DNA of 63,779 nt, filler included, from Psammoneis japonica (lineage: Eukaryota), in assembly GCA_008632985.1 (NCBI GenBank). It is 4 parts of 4 records of this genome, joined end to end, with 100 filler letters (N's around TTAATTAATTAA, not from the genome) between each part and the next. Parts side by side here need not be neighbours in the genome. Positions count along the whole stretch, not along the records: positions 1 to 17,438 come from QPGO01000477.1; positions 17,539 to 34,757 come from QPGO01000485.1; 2 more parts are not named here. One strand, 5' to 3'. The notes beneath the pieces are model-generated. The model was given only the letters and a program-made list of their open reading frames with translations, was not told where the DNA came from and made no database searches. Below, piece after piece: positions 12,548 to 26,857 of the stretch (positions are counted from its first letter, which is position 1; each line of letters begins with the position of its first letter). The position numbers were made by a program, and so were the translations under genes.

Positions 12548-15500
12548 CTTTTTGTAGTTCAATTCCCAATGCTTGGTGCGTCAAAGGCACTTGCATGTTC
12601 CTTTGAGCGCGTTGCAGTGAACCACAGCAGGACAGGTCGAGAACTTGGAGAGAGCAGTGATGGCACACCCAATGTCCAGTCGACAGACAATGTGCGCATA
12701 CAACAATTCGCCAAGAAGAGTGCGGCAGCCGAAACCAGCAGCTTGTTGTAGCTCTGCATGCTCCGGGGTTCCTTCAGCTGGGCCAATGGCAGTGTACAGT
12801 TCGCGAACAGAGTCAACAGGGAGTGGCGCAGCCTTGCAGTCATCGTCGAGTTCCTCGTCCGTCGGTGTCGACCAACCATGCGAGGCACAAACCCGATCTA
12901 CACAGCTGTGAACAGCAATGCCAATGGAGTCATCACATTGATGAATGTCGACACCATTGAATTCGTCAATCATGCCAAGACACTTGAACGGCAGAGAGGT
13001 TTCCGAATCCAATTGGAGAGCTTTGCCAATCCTGTCGTAGATTTTGATCGCAACAGACTCTTCAGGACAAGCGAGAGAGAAATCATCAACCTGACGGAGG
13101 AGCAAGATCTTCTGTCCTTCAAAAGCAGCAGAGTGGGTGCATTTGTCATGAGCAGTGTTGCGAAAAAGCAGATTCACATCAGATGAAATGCCGTTGATGT
13201 GTGTCTCCCAGAGCACGCCGGCTTCTGGGTGTCCTTGGAGTGCATGTTGCATCGGAAGTACCATGCTCCTATCCAAGTCAACACCAAATCGAGCCTTGTG
13301 CCAGGTCGCGCATGCCTCGTCCATGGCAACATGTGCAGGATGTGACGGTCGTGGAGAGTGTGCATGGGCATCATGAGCATCCCCACCAAAGACAGGATAG
13401 CTCATGGTCGCAGCAAGGGCAAAAAACATGCATTGGATAGGTTGCTCGACACAGGATGAGTGCGTCGAGTAGAGACGATGTAGCATCGACGCAGCACGGG
13501 GAGATCCATCGCAGCACTGTCGAGAGCGCCGTGTGCCATCATGCTTGAGGTCACATTGCCAATGCGGACGAAGTACGACAGCATCCTTGGGTCATTTAAT
13601 CGGTGCACCAAACATCCCCAACTCATGGAACTGGTCAAGTTGTTTGAATTCACCTGCATGCCATTCTGGCCACGTGTCCAACTTCTTGAGATGATGGCGG
13701 GTGAAAGTGCCTAAGGCTTGTTCCTCTGGAGTAACAGCGTGAGATGACACAGCACAGACATTGACCACACCATTGTCACAATCGACAAAGAACAGTGGAG
13801 GGACATCGTCATTGTCCGTGTCGGAGAAATCAATGTCAGGGTGGCGGATGGCAGCAACAGCACACATGTCGGCGTTGGTGATTTCCGGAACATGCTCATC
13901 ATCAGGATCAGGAGTCGGTGCACATGTGTTGTGTTCCATCAGAGCACATTGTAGAGCTTGAGAGTCCAGGCGACGTTCCGGCGCGAATTCAATTTCAAAA
14001 TGAGTCTTGCCAGAATCATGGACTTGCTGAAAACGTTTGATAGCCTCCTCTGCCGTGAAGATGGGATGATCATCGATCAATGCGACATGCACACCCTTGA
14101 TCTTGTCACGGGTGGCCTTCAAAGAAGAGAAAAGACGCGCAGCAGGAGAACCACGTTTAATGTCAGAGACAAATGCTCGCCGATAGAGATCGTCCATAGC
14201 CAAGGAAAGTCCAAACGTGGGATCAGTAAATGGTCCCTTCATCGTGTGCTCAATGGTCTTGGCAAAAGGATTCCCATGAAAGTGAAATTCATCCATCGTG
14301 GTTTCTTCAGTCTCGGCAGGTAAAGCCTTGCCATCTTGAGCACGTTCCAAGTGAACCACATTCGGCGGAAGAGCGTCGTGGGGAAGATCATTCATGCCCT
14401 CATCACAGCGGATGTGCTTGGCAAGCTTGACACGCGATGTCTCAGTGTCACACCAAAGAATGTTCTTGGTGGTGTCCGGAAGATAGCCTAAGAATATTCC
14501 CTTGCGAGAGACGGACCGAAATTTTGCTGGGCGGTGATTCGACGCACGTACCCACACTCGACAACCAAACGTACAAAAGTTCTTGAAATCATCCTTCCGA
14601 CCAGCAGCGAGAGTAATCAGAGCAGCAAGTTGTCCGCCGGATGGTGTGGCATTGTTGATTCGAATGAAATGATGAAAAGCACAGGGCCAGAATTTTTTGG
14701 GCAAATCGGCACCGATTGGCATCGCCCGGATGGCATTGGCAACAGACAAATGACTGCGTTCCACTGGGCCACTCTGATTTGAAGCATCTTTTCCCGCAGG
14801 ACGAATTGCACAATGAAAGTCATCCTCGAAGAGTCGCCGAACTTCTGGGTTTTGATGCAATTCACCTCCTTGATCCACAAGTGCACACTTGTCTGGACAT
14901 TTTGGCGAGTGCTCTTCCAGAAAGTGGTGAAGCCAATTCAAAGGGGTTGCCTTGGAGACACGAGTCGCACCATGGAGACGCTTCGTTTTGTGATCGTAAA
15001 CAGTGATCCAACAAGTCTCGCCATTCAATCCAACACAGTCCTTGGCACGCTCCGAGTTCTTGGAGCGTAGGCCAGAGAAGGAAAAATCAATCGCAAGGCC
15101 TTGGCAGGGTTGGGTGGCAGTAAGAGCAGCATTCGGACCGGCAGGTTCCTTCGTCTGCTTTGCTCGTACACATGCAGGACAAGTGTCGAGGGGAGAGGTT
15201 CCGTGAGCAAACTTGGGGACGCCGTCAACGTGTTTGTGGGCATGATAAAGGTGGTGATCACTCGGATGACCAAGTCGCTGATGCCATAAAAGACGTTCCG
15301 TGTCGGCCTTGAGAGACTGGACAGGAACATTCTTCTCAGCATGCTTCTCAAAAGGAATGTCTTGATGGACACGGGGGATCAACTTGCGTTCATCATGAAG
15401 AGCTTCATGTTGGTGGGTACGATGAGTTTCAATCACACATGCAGAGACCGCTTCACACTCATCGGCAAAAGAAGGATCACTGGTCTTGAGGCGCTCGACA

Positions 15501-17438
15501 GATGCACCCAGTTCGTCGTTAGATTCCAGGAGAATGAGAGGGTGAGTAAAACATTTTCCATTGATCAATTTCCCATGAATGATGACATCCTGACTCTTGC
15601 GTAATCGGTGTCGTGCAACAAACTTGCAGGTGCCGAGATCATGGAACTTGAGAATGCAATCGACATTGCAATCTGCGCGACGAGTGCCATTTTGACGGAG
15701 TGGCAGTCGCTCATCGATCAACGTAGATTGGATCTGCGGGTGACAGCATGTACGAACCTCAACACATCCGGCAGAGTTCTCTGCAGGAATCCGCAGGTGT
15801 CCGAAGCCAACTGGGACAGCTTGATGGCCAAGGGCGGGATTGACAGCAAGGGGACAGGGATGAGACGGAGTGAATTCTTGGTGTCGATGGAGGAGGTCAC
15901 GGTCACCTGTGCACGCAATGTCAGCACCTGTGTCGAGTTGAGCGCAACATTCATTTGGAGCAAAATTGACCCCATGGACAGAGCAAGTAGAGCGCAGCAG
16001 TTCTGGTTCAGGAGAGTGAGTCGCTTGGCATGGATCAATCGGAGCAACTCGAACAGAATTGACTGCAGCAAAACCATCTTCAACGGCCACATCATCGTAG
16101 GCAAGATCAATGTGTTCCTCAAAATCCGGTGTTTCTGAGGCTTCCCTCCCCTGTTCCAAAGGATCCGGAGCAGGAGCAGCATCGACGGTGTCTTCTTGAG
16201 GAGCAGGGTCATCGTCTGGCAATTTACTAGTGTCGAATGATACCTTCTTGGTAGTGGCAGGGGTGGCAACCATGTCAATCTGCGGAGAAAGAGGCATTTC
16301 AGCGGTGGATGACGAGACGGTTAGTCCCTCTTTCAAGGTCATCCCGCTGACATTAGTCGTGTCTTGGTGAGGAGAAAACGGGCAGCGTCGGAGATCTGAA
16401 ACTAGCTGCGATGGCCCAATTGAAAATCCGAGGGCGGAGCACCAGATTTAGTCAAATTTTCAGGGTTTTCATGATGAGGGGGGAGCAGGCCTTGGGGTCC
16501 TTGGAACTCAGAAGCACACATGGCTGCCTCCCTCTTCAAGAATTGGCAAAAGCGGACATGGAATCCCTTGATGTACGGATTGTTCTTCAAGACTGGACAG
16601 TCGTCAAACAAGTGTTCACCGGAGCAGACGAGACACGGTTTCTTGGAAGCTTCAGTCAGAGCAACTTTCAGCTTGTGAACTGAAGCCGAGCAGACATGGT
16701 GAAGGAGTCGATCTTCATCCGTGGAGGGGAACTCAAGTCCATGTAACTTGTCGCAAAGAGTGTCGAAGGTATCCGAAGAGAGAGATTCTGCACCAGTGTC
16801 TTCAACAGCAGAGTCATTGACTGGTTCAAGTGGAGGGATCTCAGGGACCTGGAGAGCATTGACATCAACAGTCATGCGTCGTGTTTCCTCATTGGTGCGA
16901 TTCCATTTACGGCAGGGATTGGATGGTGTCGCACGGGTGTTAAGGGATGGACCATCCGGTTGGCGGAGGAAATCAGAGAGAGTCTCAACAATCTGTGCAT
17001 CGGTGCACTTCTTCTGCACAGCTGGAGACTTCCGTTCATCTCTGGCAGCACGAGATAAGAACTTGGAGCAACACTTGGTGTTCTTGACAAAGACAGTCAT
17101 CTCTCGTGGATCACTCAACGTAGAGTCCGCATCAAAGATGCAGGCACGTAGCTGCAGGAAATCATTGAAAATCATGTGGTAGTCCATCAATGATCGATTG
17201 CCTTGGGCAGGATAGGAATCAACTAGTCCTGCAGCATCATGGTCAAAAGCAGGGTGATTCTCGTAGATGATCTGCTTGAGAGCCTTGCATCCGTCACCGC
17301 AGCATGATGCAACAATCCGATGACACTTGCTGTGCTTGGGGAACACATCCGACTTGGGTGGGATCTTGTGGAGAGAGCTCTGGGCTTCCTTGCAGTGGAC
17401 GTACATGCGCTGAGGTAAGTCGTCATCTTTGGCCGTTT

Positions 17439-17538
17439 NNNNNNNNNNNNNNNNNNNNNNNNNNNNNNNNNNNNNNNNNNNNTTAATTAATTAANNNNNN
17501 NNNNNNNNNNNNNNNNNNNNNNNNNNNNNNNNNNNNNN
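17439..17538. other. Assembly gap with artificial six-frame stop linker
   Basis: 44 N + TTAATTAATTAA + 44 N. Confidence 0.95.
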
Positions 17539-20500
17539 CTGCATGCTGACGTTGCCTCACAGTTCTCTGGTCAGCTTGACAAGCAGTTGGATGGACAACT
17601 GCAAAAATCGATCCTGTGTCTTCCTGTTCAAAGAAACACAGCAAACAGGAGGGAAACTGTTGATCACCCTTTCGTGTGCCAAAGGTCACACAGTCAAAGT
17701 CATGCCATGGTCCTTCGCTTTTGCAATCGGGGTGCGCACGGTGCGTGTCCCTCCCGCTTGCATTGCAAAACTCTGTCTTGCAAGTCAGGTGTGCATTTTC
17801 ACTGTCTTCACCAACACAATCCTCCCACTTTTCCGACATGAAGTTCAGTGACACAGGACAAACTTGGCAACGAGCATGCTTGCTGTTCCACTCAAACGTC
17901 ACAGCGTCAATCCCTCGGTTGCAGGTGAGAGTGAATGCACTTCCTCCCAGCGTGTGATTGTCCATCCTGACTCTTGATGATTCCTTTTTCCCAGTTGGCA
18001 AAATCCAACTGTTGGCTGAAATTGCGGCGTTGAGCCTCATTTGGTCCTCCACGCATGACATGACCTGCTTCAGAAAACTGTTGAGGTTGCATTGTTGTGC
18101 GGCAGATGACGACAGCTTGAAAAAGTCTTTCAAGAGACACCCCCCCAAGCCTGCGTCAAAGTTCATTGCATGTCGGCAACGACAAAGAAACGCTGGGAGA
18201 TGGAGTGTTTCATGAAGCTTTTGAAGCTTCCACCCGCATCCTTCTGTTTGCGGGACGAATTGCACTGTCCGGTCAATGAGGAGACGGACTTTCTTGTTTG
18301 TTTTCTGAACAGATGAGCTGGGAGTTGCACTTGTGATGGGTGGATCACCTGGCCTGCACCATGCGTGGAAGACAAGAAGGTCCTCGAGCAATTGAGTGAA
18401 TTGCCGGACGCTGCATTTGAGTCTTTTTCCCTTGTGTTTTTTCTTTTTTTGGTTGTCGTCGCCATCCTCAGCCTCGCTCTCCTCTTTCTCATCCTCATTT
18501 TCGTCCCAGTCACCCTCTTTGGACTCCTCCGACCTTTCATCGTCAGAGTCNNNNNNNNNNNNNNNNNNNNNNNNNNNNNNNNNNNNNNNNNNNNNNNNNN
18601 NNNNNNNNNNNNNNNNNNNNNNNNNNNNNNNNNNNNNNNNNNNNNNNNNNNNNNNNNNNNNNNNNNNNNNNNNNNNNNNNNNNNNNNNNNNNNNNNNNNN
18701 NNNNNNNNNNNNNNNNNNNNNNNNNNNNNGACGTTGCTCCTCCTTTGAAGTTTGTTCGCAAAAAGGATGCTTTGCAAGTTGACCAGTGATTGCTGAAAAT
18801 CCTTTCCACTGCTGTCCACCTCACTTGCGACCACAGGTGTCATGCTNNNNNNNNNNNNNNNNNNNNNNNNNNNNNNNNNNNNNNNNNNNNNNNNNNNNNN
18901 NNNNNNNNNNNNNNNNNNNNNNNNNNNNNNNNNNNNNNNNNNNNNNNNNNNNNNNNNNNNNNNNNNNNNNNNNNNNNNNNNNNNNNNNNNNNNNNNNNNN
19001 NNNNNNNNNNNNNNNNNNNNNNNNNNNNNNNNNNNNNNNNNNNNNNNNNNNNNNNNNNNNNNNNNNNNNNNNNNNNNNNNNNNNNNNNNNNNNNNNNNNN
19101 NNNNNNNNNNNNNNNNNNNNNNNNNNNNNNNNNNNNNNNNNNNNNNNNNNNNNNNNNNNNNNNNNNNNNNNNNNNNNNNNNNNNNNNNNNNNNNNNNNNN
19201 NNNNNNNNNNNNNNNNNNNNNNNNNNNNNNNNNNNNNNNNNNNNNNNNNNNNNNNNNNNNNNNNNNNNNNNNNNNNNNNNNNNNNNNNNNNNNNNNNNNN
19301 NNNNNNNNNNNNNNNNNNNNNNNNNNNNNNNNNNNNNNNNNNNNNNNNNNNNNNNNNNNNNNNNNNNNNNNNNNNNNNNNNNNNNNNNNNNNNNNNNNNN
19401 NNNNNNNNNNNNNNATCCGGGAGACAACCAATTGGTTTCCAGACACTCTTGTCTGACCATTTGTTGAAGGCAACATGCACAGAGGTCATGATCGCTGGTT
19501 CTCCGCAACATATCCCATCCCTTGTGTCCTGCCAGTCTTGTCAAGGTGGATGACATTGCACTCGAGAAATTGTTTCTCTGGGTCAGTTGTCCGTTCTTTG
19601 CAACTGTGCCTGTGCCACTCACCCGCCAAAAGGCACTTGTCATCTGGTCCCTTTGCTTTGCACTTCCCAAAAGGATTGTCTGGATCGGCCACATTCTCTC
19701 TGCTGCACCACAGGTGAGGATCGAGCAAAAACTGTTCCCAAACCTTTGTGAAATCCCATCTTGGCACTGACACTCGTTTTGGCAAACCGGTTTTGAAATT
19801 TTTGGTTTCTAGAGTGACAGGAATAGACTCGCTGGGTGGAAGAGGGAAATGCTGGTTAAGGTGTGCATCAACTGTTTTCTCCTTGGCAGAACTGCACCAA
19901 GCTCAATGTTGCTGTTGCCAGTGTGCTCTCAATGAATCAACATGCAATCGCACAATTCCAGGGGAGCACCACGTGTGTCCATGAGCTTCTTGCACAACTC
20001 TGCGCAAGCTCCGTCAAGATTTGTCAAAGAGGGAGCAGAAGCCAAGGCCTCTTCTGCAGGAGCATCACACCTGATCCCCAAACGTTGATCCTCATCGTGA
20101 TGTCCTCTTCCTCCTCCATTGTCATGTCCAATGCTGCAGCAAAGGATTGACCACCGCCAACATCCAAATCGTTCATTGCCAAAAGTTCAACTCCTTGCAT
20201 GCTGTGGTTTGATGAAATGGAGGACATGTCGTCCATTCCGTGCGGTGCGTCATCCGGGGAGGGGAGCAAGGGGCTGCTGCTCAGATCACTTGTTGAAGAT
20301 CTTGGGAATCTGCTGCAAGTTGATCGCCTTGGATGGGATTCATCATCATCAGAGGACAAAGAGGAAGAGCTGCAGCTTTCTTTGGGTGGCCCCTCTGTTG
20401 TGGCAGGAGTGTCACTTTGATCTGGGATTGGATCTTGGGTTTGCAACTCTTGGGCAACTGAGCAACACATCGGTGAGTGTCTCCAATGGCAGGCCATTCA
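17539..20500 (-). pseudogene. Decayed Plavaka/CACTA(EnSpm)-like transposase, copy 1 (with internal gaps)
   Basis: Motifs 'IHLDKTG', 'RTNFKGG', 'LEDLLVFHAW' and 'WKLQKLHETLHL...NFDAGLG...KDFFK'; collinear with 29190-33266. Confidence 0.6.
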
Positions 20501-20918
20501 CAAAAAACTTTGGCCACAACCGGGACAGAGAAGAGGTTTCCGTCCATTGCAAATCAGACATGTTGACAGGGCCTTCATCAAGACTCACACTCGTCATCCT
20601 TGTGAAGGGAAAAAAAGAACAACACGCAAAAAATGGCGGGAAATTGGCAAACATTGCATTGTCTTCCAGATTGGGATGATTCTCACAGGTGTGACGTGTC
20701 TGCATTTTGATTTTTTGTCTGGCATCCACAGCAAACATTGCACTTTTTGTTTGCTGTCAAAATGCAGGATGTCATCTCCGTTGAAACGCAATGACAGCCA
20801 CATCAAAAAGCAAGTTGGGCTGTTTGTTGTCACACACAAATGTTTTCAAATTTCAGTGTTGCTGACAATGATTTGTGCAATGCCACAGAGAAAAACAGAG
20901 TGCCTGGCTGTCTCAACA

Positions 20919-22369
20919 TGACCCAAATGATGGTTGCACTGTCGAACAGCACCACTCCTCTCATTGTTGCCGTGAAAAGATCAAGATGTCATCTCCAGCC
21001 GGCAAAGAAGAGAAAGAAAAATGAGGCCATTGAGCCAATGAGCCCGAGACTTCAGGCAGTGTTGAAGAGAACAGGTGCACAGGCAGCGCATGGTGCACTG
21101 AAATCAGAAGCAGAGAAGGTGGCCAGAAATGATCTCTTTCCACAGGTGAAGTTTCTCAGTCCGTCAGAATTGGCAAGCAATGGGAGCGTCTCAATGTTTG
21201 TGAAGAAACAGATTGCTGGTGGCAACATGGACACTTCAAATTGGTCAGGAACTTGGGAGGAATGGGCAAAAAAGAGCGTCTCAATGTTTGTGAAGAAACA
21301 GATTGCTGGTGGCAACATGGACACTTCAAACTGGTCAGGAACTTGGGAGAAATGGGCAAAAAAGGCAGAAAAAAGGCAAATTGACAATCACAGAAACACG
21401 GTGTGTTTGGCCATTGGGGCAGAGGCAATGGCCCGCAAGTCAAGTGACCAATGTGTGTGACTCGACAGTTGCACGCACCTCACAAGAAGATGACGGCAAT
21501 GCTTTGTTTGCACAGGCGTTGTCACTGAGGAAGAGGGAAAGGAAAAAGAAAAGAAACTCAAGGCAGCAGACAGGAGGAAAAAGAGGAAAAAGTCAAGCCG
21601 TGACAAGAATGAAGAGAATGACATCCTGTTTGTGCCAACATGGGATCTGTTTGGCCCAGACACCATCACCGGCGGCAAACGAAGGAACAAGCAGGCGCGC
21701 AAGTGGTTCTGTGATCACATCCTGCCTCAAACCAAGCAAAAGCAGGCATGGAGTGGCGCCATCAAAGCTGGGAACGCACAGGTCTCACAGTTGTTTGCGG
21801 TCGGTGACGAAGCTTTGGCGCTGTCAGCCATGGAGAATTGTTGGCAGGTGTGGGCATGCAGGAACAAGGAGGAGGCAGTGGAAAAATTGGGTGAGGAAAT
21901 GGAGCCCGAAGAAACAAGGCCTGCCCCTTGGCACATGAAGCCAAAGAAACAACAAGTGTCTTGGGGAGACAGCAGAATCAATTGGTCCAACGATTTGTGC
22001 AAAGAGGTGATGAAAGACAGAGACTCCAAGGAGGGCAAGGAGTTTGAAAAGTGGTGTGCGGAGATCAAGAAAAGCGAGTGCGAGAAGTCCGGAGAAGCAA
22101 AAAAGAAGAAAAAGAAAGCACCGACCGGCGATGCAGACAAGGTGAAGGCAATGAACAGCCTGATGGTGGAGAGCAGCAGGGGCGACAATGGCGACAACGA
22201 TGAGCAGGAGGAAGGTGCAAAAGGCAAAACGGACGAAGGAGGAGACGAGTCCAATGGAAACGAGTCCGATGATGATCGTCAGCTCAGTTCAAGAGAGTTG
22301 CAGCAAGAAAATGTGTGCACAGCCAACATGGCACTCGGCAATTGCACTGCAGATGTGACAAGGGATTGA
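20919..22369 (+). pseudogene. Decayed transposon-associated accessory ORF (charged, Tyr-less)
   Basis: ORFs 20840-21460 and 21632-22369 ('DLFPQVKF', 'DEALALSAMENCW', Lys/Glu-rich tail). Divergent from the transposase relic and TpA-depleted like the TEs. Confidence 0.45.
21184..21363 (+). repeat. 90-bp in-frame tandem duplication (2 copies)
   Basis: Encodes SVSMFVKKQIAGGNMDTSNWSGTWE[E/K]WAKK twice. Confidence 0.9.
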
Positions 22370-24845
22370 CTTGACCGATGAAATGCTTTTCTAGTTTAAA
22401 ATGATGTTTGCAAAAATTGACAAACCAAGGATTGTGTGGAAATGCAATCGCGCGCTGGCACATGGCAACAAGGTGGAGGCAGAAGCAGCGATGTGGACAC
22501 AGTGAAAAATGGCACGCACAATTCTCAGCAAGTTGTTGCAACATTGGTGCAGCAAACTTGCAACCAGAGGTTGGCCTTTCATTGCACAACAACAATGTTT
22601 TGCAATGTTTTGACAAATTGTCATCATGCAAATCTACACATTTTTGACATTTTGTGCACTCTGATGATCAAAGTGCTGTGGCGGTGTCTCAATCTCAAGA
22701 CAAAATTGGCTGGAGACAGACCCCAATGGCGCTTCTCATCTTTGTGGAACAAAGCTCAGCCATCATGCTTGCTGTCAGCTGGATTGTGCCGCTCCTTGTC
22801 GAACATGGAAAAGCACTCAGTTTGGGTTGCTGCGATTGGCAGTTTTGTGTGGCCCCAGCGGCGGGAGCTCTCCATGATGGCGCTGCACATGGGTGCAATT
22901 TGGGCACAAGAAAGTCCTCACAGCACCGTGACGCCGAGGCAGAAGCACAAGCCATCCACTCCAAGGCAGACAGCTGTTCAGCTTGCAATCGATCCGAGTT
23001 GCTCAGTTCAGTGGAGGAGCATCTCACTTGTTCGACCCGCAGGTTGTGCAGCTGGTTGGCCATGGCTCAACCAGTGTTCAAGCCAAGCATCCGCAAAGCC
23101 TGGCATCTGGCAGCAAGGGGCGTTGGCGCCATCACAAGTTGTTTTGGCACAACATCGCCTCAGGGTGATGCCGGTTGAGGATGTGCAAAACCAACAATTT
23201 GACCGCAATGTAAAAAGTTGACTCCATCATGATGTTCCATTTGAGAGGGCAGTCTGGAGATGGCCTGGCGCACTTTTTGTGCAGAAGCTGCACGAGAGCC
23301 AGCACATGCATTCCTGCACAGACGCAGCACAAAAACAGAAAGCGCGGCACGCCCATCAGTGACTCACGACAACACCACATGACAACCATGCATCTAAATG
23401 GCATCACCCGCATCTTTCTGTGGCTCCTCTTTTGCTTGCCCAATTGCCCCAAAAGGGCCAGGGAAAGCTCGTGCACTTCTGTCATGATGGATCAACGCAA
23501 GCTGAAGTTGTTCTTTTCACTCCACAACATCAGAATGCAGCGCAACAGATTGTCAAGGCACACCCGCATTTGCTGTGCTGTCAGCCAAATCAACGCCATT
23601 TGCCGTTTGCTCACTTGACGAGTTGCAAAGCCAACGACTCTTGTTGGCTGAAACTCTTGAGCCACTTTTGAGACTTGACACAATGACCCATTTGTCCCGT
23701 TCTTCACCCTCTGTGTTTCATCAGAGGCGGCAATGCAGCATTGCTCACTTTCCTTTGTAAATTTCGGAACATTGAATTGCACAAAAGTGTGTTGTTGTTG
23801 TTCAGCTTCAACTTCAATTTCAAGAGTCAAGTTGAATTTGTTGTTTCCTTTTTGTGTGCACAATTGTCGCCTTTTTGTTTTGATTTAAATTCACCAAAGA
23901 CTTTCAACATGTGCTTCATTGTCGAAAAACAAGTTTTGTTTTGACGAATTTGTCGCGCACCCATGGAAACGTCAACTTTGACAGCGCTCTTCATTGGCTC
24001 CACCGCAGTCTTGTGTGGCCCTGACAAAGAGAAAAGGGGCGGGAGGACTTGCCGTGCCTGCCAACGTCAAGACTGCAAAGGACGTGGAGGCAGACATTTG
24101 TGTGAGCACCAGATGCATCCACAGTTGGGAAATCAACACTGCACTGCTGTCGTGCCATTCAGCCAGACCAGTGATCACCAGCAAGAGCGACCTCAAACTT
24201 GCCTTCTGTCAACACAAAAAGCAAATGTGCCCTCATGACAGGTGCACTCATTTCCATCTCTCGCTGCCATTTTGACTTTCGACCGGCATCCCGAGGGTGA
24301 CACCACGGCCCGACGGCGTCACCGCAGCCCCTCCCCTTTCCCAAGGTCTGTTGACGGCATTGTCGCATTGCAGCCAGTGAAGTCGATTTCACATTCCCAA
24401 CATCCGTCGATGGCTTCACCATGGCCCAGCTCCTTGCCAACCATGATGCCAACAGCAGCAAAAACACAGAAGCAGTTTTTGTCCATTTTTGGACTTTCTC
24501 ACCTCTGTTTTCTTGGACACACAACATCAGAGTAAAATGTGGAATTGACTTGCATTGGCGTTGTTGCAGAGAAGGTTTGCGGCAATGGTCGAGCATCAGC
24601 TGCTTCTGTGCCATCATGGTGGTTTTTTGTGATGGTTTTCTGTGCTGCGTTGTCTCCCCTCGAACAGATGCCAGCTTCGGTGGGATCAATTTGACCCTGT
24701 GTGTCCACATTGCCGGCCCTTTCCAGGCCAATTCAAAAAAACTGTGTCTCAGGACGGAAAATCCCAGTTGGTCTGAAAGCCAAGCCAATCAGTGGCGCCA
24801 CAACTGCACTGGGCTTGGGCATTTTGCCCACCACTGGAATCACAC

Positions 24846-26568
24846 TCACCACAAAATGTGATGAATTGACTCCTGGAGCCTCGGTCCAGGCATCAACTTG
24901 GTGAGAACGCCAGCAAGATTCGTTTTGCCATCCTCCCAAGCAATGCGCACAATGCCAGCAGCCTGCACCTCATGCATCCGGTGACAAGCAATGGCACTGT
25001 GCTTCTTTTTGAGTGTCGACTCGGGCTGCGTCGAGTTCTTAAACACGGCCTCATTGTCACAGAAGACATCAGTGGAGACATCGAGGGGAACACCCATCAT
25101 GCGAAGCTTGTGTCAAAAGGCATCGATCTGCTCCCCGGCAATCTTCATTGCAACGAATTCCAACCCAAAAGTTGAGGATTCCACGGTGTTTTGCCGCTTG
25201 GAGCACCACAAGATTGGGCCCATTCATGAACACAATGATCCCTGAATGGATCGGCGCATCACTCGACAACTAGCATGATCCGCGTCGACAAAACATGCAG
25301 TGGTGACACTGTTCCCCCTGGCCTCAGGGGCATCATGAGGGATGGCTTTGGCTGCCCCAGGATGGCATTCCGGCCAGTCACATTCCTGAAAACGTGGATG
25401 ATTGAAGGTCGGTTCAGTGTCATCGAACACCATCGCTGACCTGGCGTGTGCCTTCAAACAGGCGAAGATGTGAAACACCTCATCCAGGTGCCCAACCCTT
25501 GGCGCCGCCAAGCAAGAAGACAGAAGAGAGACTGGCGCTGTGGCATCAATGCACCCCAGTTCCACCATCCAATGCAAAACGCCAGTGAGTCCCTGGNCAA
25601 AACTCAATGGGATTGTGACTCTCTTCTTGAGTCCCCGGCCTGCTCGGCCGAGTTCAAACTCAACATTGGCAGTGGCCCGCTTGACATGCAAGTCAGATGA
25701 AAGGGCCCAACGTGTTTTGCCATCCAAGTCAGACAGTGGGAACTTCTTTGCTTCGGCACCCAGGTGCTCTTCCGGTTCCTTGACGCTTCCCTCTTTTAGC
25801 ACATGTCTCAAAGCCATGCAATCCATGAACTTCTGGGGTTCGTGCGAGACAACTGGCAGGTCGTCCACATGTGCAAGTGCGCATTCCCAGTGTTTGAAGC
25901 CACCTGGCTTGGCATTCTTGTGCATCCACACATCGGGGCTGCCCTTGCCAGAGGTGAAACCCGCGAGCCTTGGTGCTGCTGCCACATGTTCCCTGAAAGC
26001 AGTGCCGGAACTCTTCAGTCCGCACAGGGCCCTGACAATTTCAGTGGGTCAACCGACATTCTGCTTGCCAAATTCCAGGCCAGCAATCATGTGACAGCAC
26101 TCTTTCGTTGGTGCACTCAGACAAGCGTTCTGAGTGTTGGCACACATGACTTCCAAGTCATTCAGAGCTGCCATCGTAAGAGCTGTTCTCATGCCATTGC
26201 ATGAAACCACACTGGAGTGAGTCGATTCCTTCGGCAGATCAGCCACGTGGCCTCCGGCCACGCACCACGCTTTCCCAGTCAAGTCCAACTTGACATCAAA
26301 CACCAAGTGGCACTTAATTTCCTTGTGTCCCATCTGGTCATCATCGACAAATTCAAAGGCTGGCACTGCATTGCGCATCTCCTTCTCAGCTGCATTTCCC
26401 CACAGGTCAAGCCCAGACTGCTCGTCCAGTGTCAAGGCCTGCTCCACGGATTTCGGCAATTCGACACCGAATTTGTGAGTGCGCTTCCAGTGCCTGGTCT
26501 TGACTTTCATGACGATCTCCTCCCATGATCCCGGCGCACTCACGCTTGCTGAATACTCGCCATTTGCT
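24846..26568 (-). pseudogene. Decayed Ty1/copia RT-RNase H fragment
   Basis: 'HKFGVELPKSV', 'CHLVFDVKLD', 'HVDDL', 'FVDADHA', 'FCDNEAV', 'KKKHSAIACHR', 'NLAGVLTK'. Confidence 0.88.
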
Positions 26569-26857
26569 NNNNNNNNNNNNNNNNNNNNNNNNNNNNNNNN
26601 NNNNNNNNNNNNNNNNNNNNNNNNNNNNNNNNNNNNNNNNNNNNNNNNNNNNNNNNNNNNNNNNNNNNNNNNNNNNNNNNNNNNNNNNNNNNNNNNNNNN
26701 NNNNNNNNNNNNNNNNNNNNNNNNNNNNNNNNNNNNNNNNNNNNNNNNNNNNNNNNNNNNNNNNNNNNNNNNNNNNNNNNNNNNNNNNNNNNNNNNNNNN
26801 NNNNNNNNNNNNNNNNNNNNNNNNNNNNNNNNNNNNNNNNNNNNNNNNNNNNNNNNN

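Larger units (their letters stand above)
4569..17438 (-). mobile_element. Older Ty1/copia LTR retrotransposon (host element), interrupted by the younger copia at 5444-12547 and truncated by the gap at 17439
   Basis: Minus-strand domain order: gag with Zn knuckle CLVCSGEHLFDDC (16402-17406); protease LDTGAD, GAG-pre-integrase LWHQRLGHP and integrase (13592-16342); RT RQVDD (~12553-13700). RNase H resumes left of the insertion (FLDAACGNDLRNRRSTTGH...KTQSVTA; NPSDDLAK at ~4880-5443). Confidence 0.85.

Noticed and set aside
17483..17494. TTAATTAATTAA motif (also 34802 and 51959) as a biological site
   Set aside because: Each is centred in an exactly 100-bp N gap, so it is an artificial six-frame stop linker. 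Adjacency across it is not evidence.
22400..24800. Possible additional transposase or Zn-finger (CRACQRQDCKGRGGRHLC) relics
   Set aside because: TpA-depleted and probably TE-derived, but too degraded to assign a family or boundaries by eye.
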